A stretch of 64,000 nt of DNA, taken from assembly GCA_946965045.2 (NCBI GenBank), contig OX337234.1:3658001-3722000 (forward strand). The letters are read 5' to 3'. Below, piece by piece: positions 45,259-56,200 of this stretch. The DNA is from Epithemia pelagica. Lineage: Eukaryota > Protista > Bacillariophyta. How positions within the stretch are numbered: position 1 is the stretch's first letter; every line of letters starts with the position of its first letter. Made by a program: the position numbers and the translations under genes. The notes beneath the pieces were generated by a model. The model was given only the letters and a program-made list of their open reading frames with translations. It had not been told where the DNA came from and did not search any database.

Positions 45259-46517
45259 AGGTTCCCAAGTGGACACAGCCAGCATTTTATGTTTTTCGTC
45301 TGTCTGTCTACCCAATAAAATTCCTCAGGGTTGGAGCAAGGCCAGCGTGCATGTGACAGTTGACGGTTGGTGGTTGTCCTCTGGTCACCACGATTCAAAT
45401 TTTTTGGGCAACCCTCCCGTCCTCGTCTGTCACAAAACACCAAAAACCGAGCCAAATGGTTGACCATGACGTGAGGTGAGAACAATGGATGCAACATGCT
45501 GGGCTGAACCTGAACTGCTTCTCACTTCTCACTACTGTGGCTTATTTCTAATCTTCTTGTTTCTTTTTTTTTCTTCTCACTCATCACTGCTGCAATCTTT
45601 CCTCTTGTTCATGCATGATCCTTTGGCTTGTCTCTTGTTGAACGAGTAGACTAGGAACAAGCCGCTTGATGTCAACTGGAGTATCTTACCCGTCTCATTT
45701 GTTGATGTAGGAGTAATTGTTTTGTTGTTTGATTGTTGGTTGGTTGCTTTCATGTCTTCTGTAGGATAGATGATTCACTATCGTCAATCGTCATAGGTCG
45801 TAGCATCATCTCATTTCTCAATGACGGAACACTTTGTTGTTTTTGCTTCAAATAGATGGGAAGCCCTCTTGCTCTTGCCACACCCTACTTTCCATGTCTA
45901 TCAGTTCATAGAGTCAAAAGTTGTAGCTGTAGCGTGTGAGAGCTGCTTGTGTTCATGGTGAAACTGAGAGTCATTGCCATGCTCAAAACAGAAAAGAGAT
46001 CTGCAACAAATTCAGAATGCACTGAACTCTACGAATGAATAGCACTTGAGTTCTATTTCTACTCCTAGTATATTAAGAAAACAATGTCTGCAGTCTGTTT
46101 ATGAATCGAATGAAAGTTATCAAAAATCCGTCATTTCGACATGTAGAATGGCACGTCATGAGCTACCCAGAGACACAACAGATGATCGCCTCTCTTCCCA
46201 TGAGCAGAGCAAACAAAAGTGACAAGTGTCAGTGATCAGTGAGCATGAGCTATGTAATTGTCATGGCAATTGGCAACGGATCACACTCACCTGGAATGCC
46301 ATTCGTACGATGTGCTTCGGCAACAAGAGAAAAGAATTGTGTGCTTGTCATTATGAATTATGGAGCAACCAGCAGTTATCCACGCACGGCCGCTTGCTGG
46401 GCATGCGTCTGTTTCAAACTGTGAAAACTCCAGCTGGGTATGCGTGCCAATTTGCCATTTGATCATTTCTATTTGTCTCAAAAGCAAAAAATGATGTCTG
46501 TGTCCACCTGGGAACCT
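45259..46517. mobile_element. Non-autonomous ~1.26-kb TIR element nested in the Penelope 3' tail
   Basis: 38-bp TIRs aggttccca(a/g)gtggacacag(c/a)ca(g/t)catttt(a/t)tg(t/c)tttt with 5 mismatches. No long ORF; TSD unclear. Confidence 0.65.
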
Positions 46518-46523
46518 AAAATA

Positions 46524-46671
46524 ATCAGAAAACCGAAACAGCAAAGAGTGTGAAGGCTAGTTTAGTTTTCATCTATCATCCTAGGTTTCCGGAAGTATTC
46601 TACTTTCCGTTCGCTAACGCGCCGACCTGGTGTAGTCTAGACTCCCTCCACTCGCACCTGGTCGCTCGTAT
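46524..46671 (-). repeat. Penelope pLTR segment, downstream copy (overlaps the last ORF codons)
   Basis: Direct repeat of 49901..50048. Confidence 0.9.
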
Positions 46672-49600
46672 CAAACTCATCAGTAGTCAAGGGGTCGGTC
46701 GGGGTTAGTTCCTCTAGGTCGTTTTCGCCATAGACCACCACTGGAGGTGTGTCCTTTGGTGTGCTAAAGCCGAACCTAGCGCGGAGTCCTTCGATCCGTC
46801 GTTCTTGGTAGGTCATGGGGGGCACAGTATCTAGGATACTGCTGCTCCTCCCATCCAATCCTTGATCAAAATCATCATTTGAGGTTGAAAGTCGAGTGGT
46901 AGGCGACTGGGAGGAGGTCCACGAGAAAAACGAGGTGTTTGACTGGGACGACGAGGTAGACACTGGGCGGCAGACTAGGACTCTTTCGTCGTTCGTCGAC
47001 TCATCAGTGCTGGGGGCGTTGTTGTTGGGTGGGAACCGGTGAAACCGCGGTTTGTGGCGGCATGCTCTGTAGATTTCGTTGCATTTGTTGATTGCTAGGT
47101 TGGGGTGTTTGCTCGTGAATTTGAGAATTTCCAGGCGTTCACGTGCACAGAGTTTGCAGGATTTTGTCCCAAAAGTTTTAACTGTGGAGAGTGGTTTTCC
47201 TTGCCACAAAATGTCCACTTTGAGGCGGACATGGTTCTTGATCTCCTTCTTCTCGGTATCTCTGGGAACGAAGCAAGCGAAGTGGCTCGCGAATGAGTCG
47301 GAACTCTTGTCTTTGAGAACTAGTTGTTTCACATCTTGGACATGTTGTTGGATTCTCTTCTTTACGTGTTGTTGAGTGTTGCCAATATATTGTTTGCCGG
47401 TTTTGAGGCAGGTGGCCTTATAGACCACGATAGAACGTCTGCAGAAGCCTCCGTAGGGGCAGGCTTCACGGTTCCGACAGTTACAGTCAAGGTCCTCAAA
47501 GTCCAAGGATCGTAGGCCGTCATTCAACTTGGAGTTGAGATCCCCCTGAAAGTGCTCCCGGATGTTGGTGAAGCGGTGATAGGACATCGAGATCCTCAAC
47601 CAGGACAACGACGGGAACCGGCTTTTAATTTCCTTGAGCGTCTTGTGGATTGGTTTCTTCCAAAAATCAGAATACCCGATCTTAAAATAAATCGCTCGTT
47701 TGCGGTCTCTCTCGCGTCGTTTTTTGAGAGCTTGTGAGGCCGTGTCCAGTTTTTCCGATTCCATTTTCTTGGCTAGTTCACCTAGGGTGGGGGTTGAGTT
47801 TGGTTTGACAAGCTTGGAGTGTTCCAGGGCTGCAAAATGGACGGGGTAGAGTTCGTCCAGTCTGGAGTCGTGGTTGCTTTCGTCCACCGAGGTTAGTTTC
47901 GTCAGGCGTTTCATCACCCCGTTTGGGATTGCTTTGAAGCATCCCGGGGTGTGAGCGCTACCTCTGTTGAGGTATTTGAGTTGTTGGTTTGGTTTCAGAT
48001 GGACTTTGTAGGCCAAATTTCCGTTGTCGTGCCAAAATATTTCCATGTCCAAGAAGGGAAAAGCTGGTGTTTTCTCAATTGACACTGATTTGTTGGTGAT
48101 GGAGTCCAGGTTGTGCTCGTTCAAGGGATCCCAAATGGTGGCGGTGAATTTCAAGAAATCATTGCCAGCGATGTCGTTGATGTCTTGTTGAAAAGCTTCG
48201 ATCCACTTTTGAACTTCTTCAGTTGATTGTTTCCCTTTGAATACGGCTAGACCGTCATCTCGGTAGATCCCGAAGTAGTGCATCGGGTCGAACATGGCGT
48301 CGTAGGTTGCTTCGAGTAGGAACGAAACAACGAGGTCGGCTAGCCAGGCTGACTCGTACCCTCCAATCGTGAGCCCCCTTTCCTCCGGTTTTAGATCACC
48401 GTCGTATAGGAAGTATTCATCTTTGAATGCAATAATCGTGTTGGTCATGCCAAAGAAGATTAGATCCAAACAAAGGTTGATTGTCCTGTGTGTCTCGGGT
48501 GGTAGAGCCTCAGCGTAGTATTGAACCGCGTCATAAATTAGTTGGAATTTTATGGACGGGTACATAGCTTCGGCGTCTACCGACACAATTGTGGAGTTGG
48601 ACATGTTGAAGGAGAGGGATTCCAGTTTCTGTTTCAGATCGGATGATTGGATTATGTTTTTGGAACCATACTTGACTTCGTGTTTGTCAAGGAGGTGTTT
48701 GATTCCAAGGTAACCAATCTTGGGGAAGCCGGCCGTGAAATTCGTTGCTGGGACGACTAGGCGGGTTGGGAATGTACCATCGGCGTTTTGTTTTTTGTGG
48801 TTCTTAACGAGGATTTTCGGATTGGGAACTGCTTTCGACTCGATTTTCTCCTTAAGGAAGTTCCGTTCGTTGGTGGAGAGGTAGGGGTCGAGTTCGGTCA
48901 GGAATGCGTAGCAGTTTTCAACGATTTCGCTGAGTTTGGATTTTGGGATTTTGATGGCGCTTTTGGAGAGGTGGATCTTGATCTCTTTTGCGTATTGGCG
49001 TGTAGACATAATTGTAAAGGAGTTGGTTTTGTCCGTTGGAATTACGACCAAGTCGTGCTCTTTCAGTTGGGTTAGCAAGTCCTTGAATTCGAGTGAGAGT
49101 TTGTTCTCGTTTCGATTCTTCTTGTTGGCTAAGGATTCAGCTATGATAGCCTCTTCAACTTGCTTAAGGAAGCATTCGAGTTCGTTTGAGCCGATGGGGG
49201 CGCTCTTCTTTTTGTGTTCAGGTTTCACGCCGCTCATAAAACCAGACGTGAATAAGTTCTTTTCCTCTTCTTCAAGTTCCTCTTCGTAGTTCTTCTTCGA
49301 GAAGGGGTCGGGCCACTGCCACTCTGGGTCCATGAGGGAGCGGTCCCATTGGGCGTATGAGAGAAGTGTTGGATTGTTGTGGTAGTAGCTTGCCCAGACG
49401 GCTTGCTCCGTTTCCACTCGATCCTTGTGATCGTTTCTCCAGAACTCGGCCCATCGGCAACGGGTCTTGAAATCACCGATGCCGTTGATAGCATCAACAG
49501 TGCGTTCGTCTGCAGTTGGGGCAGGCACGAACCTTTCCGAGACTTCTTCGGCCAAGCTTTGTACCAGCAATCGCAGTTTTTCCTCCCTGCGATTAAGGTC

Positions 49601-49690
49601 GTCGTTATTCGTCTCTTGGCCGGATCCGGTCGTACCCGCTTTGGCTACGTCTTCAACAGGAGGTGCGATGGACAAGGTGGAGAGCTTCAT
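46637..49690 (-). CDS. Penelope-like element polyprotein: reverse transcriptase plus GIY-YIG endonuclease (intact)
   Basis: VIPTDKT, PTRLVV, SVDAEAMYPSI, GLTIGGYESAWLAD, YRDDGL, FPFLDM; CNC...CPYGGFC linker; VYKATCLKTGKQYIGNT...RIQQH. ATG at 49690. Confidence 0.93.
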   Translation of the reverse strand: MKLSTLSIAPPVEDVAKAGTTGSGQETNNDDLNRREEKLRLLVQSLAEEVSERFVPAPTADERTVDAINGIGDFKTRCRWAEFWRNDHKDRVETEQAVWASYYHNNPTLLSYAQWDRSLMDPEWQWPDPFSKKNYEEELEEEEKNLFTSGFMSGVKPEHKKKSAPIGSNELECFLKQVEEAIIAESLANKKNRNENKLSLEFKDLLTQLKEHDLVVIPTDKTNSFTIMSTRQYAKEIKIHLSKSAIKIPKSKLSEIVENCYAFLTELDPYLSTNERNFLKEKIESKAVPNPKILVKNHKKQNADGTFPTRLVVPATNFTAGFPKIGYLGIKHLLDKHEVKYGSKNIIQSSDLKQKLESLSFNMSNSTIVSVDAEAMYPSIKFQLIYDAVQYYAEALPPETHRTINLCLDLIFFGMTNTIIAFKDEYFLYDGDLKPEERGLTIGGYESAWLADLVVSFLLEATYDAMFDPMHYFGIYRDDGLAVFKGKQSTEEVQKWIEAFQQDINDIAGNDFLKFTATIWDPLNEHNLDSITNKSVSIEKTPAFPFLDMEIFWHDNGNLAYKVHLKPNQQLKYLNRGSAHTPGCFKAIPNGVMKRLTKLTSVDESNHDSRLDELYPVHFAALEHSKLVKPNSTPTLGELAKKMESEKLDTASQALKKRRERDRKRAIYFKIGYSDFWKKPIHKTLKEIKSRFPSLSWLRISMSYHRFTNIREHFQGDLNSKLNDGLRSLDFEDLDCNCRNREACPYGGFCRRSIVVYKATCLKTGKQYIGNTQQHVKKRIQQHVQDVKQLVLKDKSSDSFASHFACFVPRDTEKKEIKNHVRLKVDILWQGKPLSTVKTFGTKSCKLCARERLEILKFTSKHPNLAINKCNEIYRACRHKPRFHRFPPNNNAPSTDESTNDERVLVCRPVSTSSSQSNTSFFSWTSSQSPTTRLSTSNDDFDQGLDGRSSSILDTVPPMTYQERRIEGLRARFGFSTPKDTPPVVVYGENDLEELTPTDPLTTDEFDTSDQVRVEGV
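46975..47012 (-). ncRNA. Hammerhead-ribozyme-like core in the Penelope 3' region
   Basis: Minus strand GCA-CUGAUGA-GUCG-acgaa-CGAC-GAAA-GAGUCC: both conserved boxes plus a perfect 4-bp stem II. Stems I and III are non-canonical. Confidence 0.4.
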
Positions 49691-49900
49691 CTTCAACTAT
49701 TGGGCAATAGGGACAAGGACTCGCTGTTGGGCTTGGACTTGTAGGCTACCGCGGAGGAAGGGAAGAAGAGGATCACCAGATCTTTCGATCTTTCGGCTTT
49801 TCGATTCTCGTCGTCTTGGCGGCGAAATTTCAAAAAGCTTCCGGATGCAACCTTGGTGGAATCGGAACCAGATGGTAAAGACTCGGCTTCGTAGGTGTGT

Positions 49901-50048
49901 ATCAGAAAACCGAAACAGCAAAGAGTGTGAAGGCTAGTTTAGTTTTCATCTATCATCCTAGGTTTCCGGAAGTATTCTACTCTCCGTTCGCTAACGCGCC
50001 GGCCTGGTGTAGTCTAGACTCCCTCCACTCGCACCTGGTCGCTCGTAT
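49901..50048 (-). repeat. Penelope pLTR segment, upstream (5'-truncated) copy
   Basis: Direct repeat of 46524..46671. Confidence 0.9.
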
Positions 50049-50604
50049 GATGGCACAGACAAAAAACAGCTAAGCAGTGGACACTGATGCCGAGGGTTCT
50101 AGCATCGGAAAAGGGAACCCAAAACCCAATAATATCAATCTCATTGTACATGATTGTACATGATAACATATAAAATACACGAAACGTACTCGTACCTCGT
50201 ACTCGTACCTCGTGCCCTTTACCTTTTACTCGTACCTTTTACCTTTGCTGATTTTTCCGGCTCTTCACATTCTTAGTTCCCTTTTCTCTATGCTTCCTTC
50301 AAACGTAATATATATTTCATCTTTCATCTTGGAAGCGTCGAGAGTCGAGAATTGTTCCTGACTGATCTTGAGAACATAGAAGAAAAACAGTGAGGAACAA
50401 TTGAGTCGAGGTTCTGGTTGGGTGATCTTTAAATCACAGAGAGGGGTTAATAAGTGTACGGGAACATGAAGAATGAGGATGTGGTTGTCGCCGCTCTATA
50501 CTCCCCAGCCCTCGGACATGTTGTCCGTCCCTGCAATGGGTCCATAACTTTTAGAACGACTGCTCATTATACACATTATTTGTTATTTGGATTGACCATG
50601 AGCC

Positions 50605-52299
50605 ATGCAAACGAACCACACTAACGACGACGACATCGATCAATGGCTGTTGGATGCGGAACGATTGCTCGGTCATGAGAATCGAGATCAGCACCATCAA
50701 GACGCGTACCAACACAATGGACTTTCCATTCACCGTCGTCCTGTCATTGGATCTGCAGAGACTGCCATGTTCCGGCCTCCTGCTGGACATTCTACGTCAC
50801 TGGGTAGTAGTACGCCGACGTTCACACCAGCAACAGCCACAAGACTCCCCACGTCGGCGGTGGACAGCAGTCTAGTTGCACCTCAGTTCGCACCAAATAC
50901 TCTCCAAGCTCCATCCACAGGACAAGCAGCAGATGTATGCACTCAATTCCCTGATCTCATTCGAAGTCATGTGGATGAAATTATTCGATCTAGCACCTTT
51001 CCGATGGAAGAAAAGGAAGCTTACATGGAAGCAGTGACTCGAGACGAAGCTCTAATTCCGACAGAATCAGACCCTATCCAATACGTTCGCTTCTGCAACT
51101 ACGATCTCTGGGCCGGAGCACGGCGGCTCTGTGTGTATTGGACCGAACGGCTCAAGTTATTTGGCCCCCAACGGGCCTTTTTACCGCTCACAATCACAGG
51201 AACCGGGGCGTTGGATCCATCCGATGTACTGGCCTTTCATATTGGCTTCGCCAGTGTCCTACCGTGTACAAAATGTGGCAAATTAGTGATTTGGTTTGAT
51301 CGACGAAAGCTGATACCAACCGTATCCGTGGAGAATCGTCTGCGCTGTCTCTTTTACTTGAATCACATTCTGACCGAGAATGATCGCAATCATTTGGATG
51401 GAGGAGCCATGGCCATTAGTGTATTTGTGACACCACGACTGCATGCCATGGACTTGATCTGGAGGAAACGGGCTGGTCATCTTCTCCGTGCCGTGTTTCC
51501 ACTCAAACTTGAGGTCCATTTGTTGAATGTACCACACAAGAAAAAGCCTCATTTGGTCACGGAGATGGTGAATGCGTTTCTGGACTTTATGCGCCGGTAT
51601 CTAAGTGGTGGAACGACTTCGCTGCATGTACATACACAACACGAATCAGGCCAAATGCTTCAGATATTATTATCATTGGGATTGACCAAAAAAGGCATTC
51701 CCCTCTTTTTCAATGGGGAATGGAAGTATGAACATTTTACCACTTGGTGCGAGAGACGTAAAGAAATGGAACAACGATCTCACTTTCTCCGTCTAATGGT
51801 TGAGCCATTACAAGACGAAGGAGGTGGTGCAATAGAGCAAGACCAAAGAGGAGCAACATCCTCTTCTTGTTGTACAGACTTGTGGGACGCTGCCAAAAAT
51901 AAGAAACGAAAACATGGTACGGATACGGAAACAAAATATGTCGCCTTCTCATCATTTTCGTCCACCTCATGTTTTGTTGCGCTTTCTACACACACAGACA
52001 GCGACGACGACAATGCTGCTTCCGATGGGCAGCAAGCTTCATCAACGGCCGATGGTAATACTAAGAAAACTGGCCGAAAACCTACGAAACGACGAATTGC
52101 CGACATTTTGCATTCGCGTCGAAAGCGTGAACAAAAGCGTGAAGAAACCTTGGCACTCAAGGAAGAACACAAGAGATTGGTGGAAGAAAATCAACGTCTC
52201 AAGGAGGAACATGAACGATTGAATGAGCTAGTCTTGAAGGCAAACACTGCCGTTACACAAACCATCGTCAAGAGCACCATGCGTTTGTTTGATGAATAA
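50605..52299 (+). CDS. CRAL-TRIO-like plus bZIP-like protein (paralog of 2831..4921)
   Basis: ESDPIQYVRFCNYDLWAGARRLCVYWTERLKLFGPQRAFLPLT; C-terminal KRRIADILHSRRKREQK plus heptads. Confidence 0.75.
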   Translation: MQTNHTNDDDIDQWLLDAERLLGHENRDQHHQDAYQHNGLSIHRRPVIGSAETAMFRPPAGHSTSLGSSTPTFTPATATRLPTSAVDSSLVAPQFAPNTLQAPSTGQAADVCTQFPDLIRSHVDEIIRSSTFPMEEKEAYMEAVTRDEALIPTESDPIQYVRFCNYDLWAGARRLCVYWTERLKLFGPQRAFLPLTITGTGALDPSDVLAFHIGFASVLPCTKCGKLVIWFDRRKLIPTVSVENRLRCLFYLNHILTENDRNHLDGGAMAISVFVTPRLHAMDLIWRKRAGHLLRAVFPLKLEVHLLNVPHKKKPHLVTEMVNAFLDFMRRYLSGGTTSLHVHTQHESGQMLQILLSLGLTKKGIPLFFNGEWKYEHFTTWCERRKEMEQRSHFLRLMVEPLQDEGGGAIEQDQRGATSSSCCTDLWDAAKNKKRKHGTDTETKYVAFSSFSSTSCFVALSTHTDSDDDNAASDGQQASSTADGNTKKTGRKPTKRRIADILHSRRKREQKREETLALKEEHKRLVEENQRLKEEHERLNELVLKANTAVTQTIVKSTMRLFDE

Positions 52300-53220
52300 G
52301 GAGTACTTCAGAATGATTTCGAGTTGTCGCTGCAACAAGACACAATTATCATCTTCTTTCATGCTCGAAAGAATCTGTAATCACAGAGAGGCTTTTGCAC
52401 GACAACGAGGAAAGGTAGATAGAAGGCTCCACTGGAAGAGGTATTCGCCAGTGTCATTGGATTTTTCTCCCATGGCCAAAACCAGTTCACTTGTTATCGG
52501 TAATCGTAGATTCAAGGAAGCACCAGGAATCGTAACCAACGGACAAATCCTCACCTTCAATGAAAATGAGATGGGGTCTGCATCGCAGAGCGGCGAAAAA
52601 GGCTTATCGCACGTATGGCATGCATAGTTTCCGCGACGGATTCTCCTGCCATAGCGAGTCACGTACTTGATCCAGTCGTGGATGACCACCAGGATGTACG
52701 TGCGACCCATAGAATACTATCAGCGACCAAACAGAATGACGTAAAATTGACGAACACCATCGTTCCGTAACAACCACAACCAAACAACCACCAATGGTCT
52801 CTCGATAGGCATTATAGAATGTCAGCTATCTCAGCTCTGGATCTGGCTTCAGAGGTTCCAACTGCCTCGGTCGGTCAGTGCAAAAACTTGAGGAATTCGG
52901 TGACAGACTTGCTGATTGAGCTATACTCTGTTTGTCGGCCTTGGTTCAAGGTGTTCCGGCTATCAATCATTGACAAGATCAATAGACCTTCTTTGATGTG
53001 GCCTTTGTCAATAGTCATCATGAATGGTCAGGGGCACCTGCAAATTCTAAGGTCAGAGTCGAATTCTATTATTATACACAGTTGGAAGTTGGTGCGCAGT
53101 CAATGTTACCTAAAAGCGTAGGTATACCCTCTAGTCATACAGATCACATAGTTGAATGGGCGGCAGATTTTTACTAGATGTCAAAAGTTTTCATCTTCTT
53201 CATTTACACCACCATAGCGG

Positions 53221-56200
53221 CTAATATATCAAATGTCTCATTGGAAACTGACGAGTCTGCCATGTATCGAATACCGAAAATGCAAGGCATCCCGCTGCCC
53301 GAAACTGGATCGTGGCAGTAGTACTTACTGGAGTCGTGACATTCACCGTCCCAAACGCACGAGCCGTCACAGTGTAGACAACAAGAGGTCCCCTGATGAG
53401 AGGAGTGGGAGGTTCCAAGAGTAGACCAAAGGGTGGAAGGTTGCTGGACGACAAAGTGGTACTGATTTTACGTCCCAGCACAGTCGAAAGGACCAAGCTA
53501 TACTCCACACGAGTAACGGACGACGCATGATCGGGACGAAACCGGGGAACCAACAACTGAGAAACGACCCAACCACAAGGATAGGTCTCCTCTGAGGTGA
53601 CCTGTTGAACAATCTCGGTACCTCCCTTGGAATTCTCAATGACAAAATAGTCAATTTGTGGTAATGGTGGTTCTTCTTCTTGCAAGGATGGAGTCATTGT
53701 GGTACTCAGTGGTATACTGGGAGACTCCGAGGGCAATGACGACGTTGGTTCCAATGATGGGAAATCACTGGGAGACTGCGAAGGTTCGGCTGACAGAATG
53801 AAACTCGGTGGTGTTGATGGGGCAAGCGACGGCTCCATGGATGGATTGAAACTCGGCAATAGACTTGGTTCTGTCGTGGGAATGTCAGCGGGCGGTTGAT
53901 CACTGGGAGACTGCGAAGAATCGGCTGACAAAATAAAACTAGGTGGTGTTGACGGGACAAGCGACGGCTCCATGGTAGGATTTGAGCTCGGCAATAGACT
54001 TGGTTCTGTCGTGGGAATGTCAGGGGGCGGAGATGAAGGTTCCAAGGACGGTTGATCACTGGGAGACTGCGAAGGATCGGCTGGCCAAATAAAACTAGGT
54101 GGTGTTGATGGGACAAGCGACGGCTCCATGGTAGGATTTGAGCTCGGCAATGGACTTGGTTCTGTCGTGGGATGATCGGACGGCTGAGATGATGGTCGAC
54201 TCGATGCAGCGGGATATGGTGACGGGTATTCTGACGGTAACTCTGACGTAGGTGATGAAAAAGAGTCGCTTGTATTTGGTGGCTGGAGATCGAAGGGAGA
54301 TGCACTTGGTTTGTCGATTGGAGACGGACTTGGACTATCACTAGGAATTTTACTCGGTTCTTTGCTCGGGCTACTGCTTGGGTTGAACGAAGGGATATCG
54401 CTTGGCTGGATCGAGTCTGGCCCAGTAGGAAGTGGTGTTGTGGGTTCTGTCTCGGGGGCCTTGGTGGGTCGACTGGATGGTTCGTTACTGGGCTGGGACA
54501 AAAGGCTCGGAGGAGTCGACGGGAGCAAGCTTGGAGATGAACTCGGATTCATGCTTGGAATTCCCGAAGGGCTATTCGACGGTGTGTTGCTAGAGTCGCT
54601 ACTTGGAGAGGAGCTCGGAAGATTGGTGGGGTTAGCTGATGGAGAAGCGGAAGGAACATCAGTTGGAGATGCCGAGGGCGGTGCTGTGCTGGGAAAGGTC
54701 GAAGGTCTAGCGCTAGAGACTGAACTGGGAGTTCCAGTAGGGAAACTAGAAGGATATATTGATGGCTCCAAAGATGGCTTGTTTGTTGGCAAAACTGAGG
54801 GGACACCGCTTGGTGACATGGTTGGCTTCTCACTCGGAATCGATGACGGAGAATTAGAAGGATGAGAGCTCAGTGATTTCGACGGGGGCAAGCTTGGCGA
54901 TGAGCTCGGAACGATGGAGGGACTGCTACTAGGAGACCGCGAAGGCCGTGAACTTGGGTTGTCTATCGGCGAAACCGAAGGGATACTGCTAGGTGGCATG
55001 CTCGGTTTCTCATTCGGAATCAATGACGGAGATTCAGAAGGTAAAGTGCTTGGCAATGAACTGGAAAGTTTGGACGGATTGATGCTCGGAAACCCTGATG
55101 GTTCCGAATTTGGTTCATTTCTTGGGGAGAGGGAAGGGGCACTGCTAGGCCACAAGCTTGGCTGATCGCTCGGATTCCAAGACGGGATTTGTGATGGTAT
55201 TGAGCTTGGTGAGTTCGATGGCAGCAAACTTGGCCATGAACTGGGCGCAATGGAAGGAAGGCTGTTTGGAAATAGTGATGGTTCCGAACTAGGGTCTCTT
55301 GTTGGAGAAGATGAGGGTTGACCGCTTGGAGAAATGCTTGGGTTGTCGTTTTGAGTCGATACCGGCAAGGGGGAGGGTAACAATGTAGGGAGTAGACTGG
55401 CTTCATTTGACGGGAAAACACTAGGCAATATACTCGGGCGTTCGCTATCGTTCACAGACGGCTGAAATGTCGGCAGTACGGTAGGACTTGAGCTTGGCTC
55501 TTCTAGTTGTTCCGTAGGTCGCGTTGACGGTAGCGAACTTGTAGGATGTTCGGATGGTTGATGTGATGGAGCGCTGGACGGTCTAATGCTCATTGGGTTT
55601 CCAGAAGGACTTGTACCTACAGAAGGAAGGGAACTGGGAAACGAGCTCGGCAACAAGGTTGGAGACTCCGTCTTTCGTGGGCTGGTGGTTGGCGACCCGG
55701 TCGGAGCTTCGGTTCCGGGGAATGACCGAGTGTCGCTGGGAGAGTCCGTTAGTTCGTCGTTTGGACTGTTGGAGGGCAGCACTGAGGGTGAATTGGTAGC
55801 GTCAATCGAGGGGAATTCCGTCGGTAGAAAGCTCGGATTGCTACTGGGCTTATCGGATGGACTCGAGCTGGGAATCGTCGTTGGTTCGATACTTGGTTCC
55901 AAGGAGGATGGCCGATCCGACAGTTTGACAGACGGCAGCTCGCTAAGCATGTTGGACGGGACGGTGTCATTGTCGGATCGAAGCTGCTACGATCACTCGG
56001 CCACCGAGGCCGATTCCATGGTCGAGTCCATGTCTTTGTCGGACCCATCTGCTTCATAATGATTTTGAAATACGTTCATGAATCCCTTTTCTTGACCGAA
56101 ATTCGGAGAAGCCATATCTGAACCGCTTCCATCTTCTGTGTTTGTGCTTTCCACGGTGTCCTCCTTGGGAGAAAACACAGTATCGTGATTGGTGTTACCG

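Larger units (their letters stand above)
45204..50098 (-). mobile_element. Penelope-like retroelement with partial pLTR duplication and a 48-bp inverted terminal segment
   Basis: RT plus GIY-YIG ORF. 148-bp direct repeat 46524..46671 = 49901..50048 (2 mismatches). 45204..45251 is the reverse complement of 50051..50098 (1 mismatch). Confidence 0.85.

Noticed and set aside
46660-46690. Second CUGAUGAG on the minus strand of the Penelope 3' end
   Set aside because: No stem II and no GAAA box follow it.
52820-53060. Minus-strand peptide TLNQGR matching the DIRS recombinase
   Set aside because: Six-residue match only; flanks do not align.
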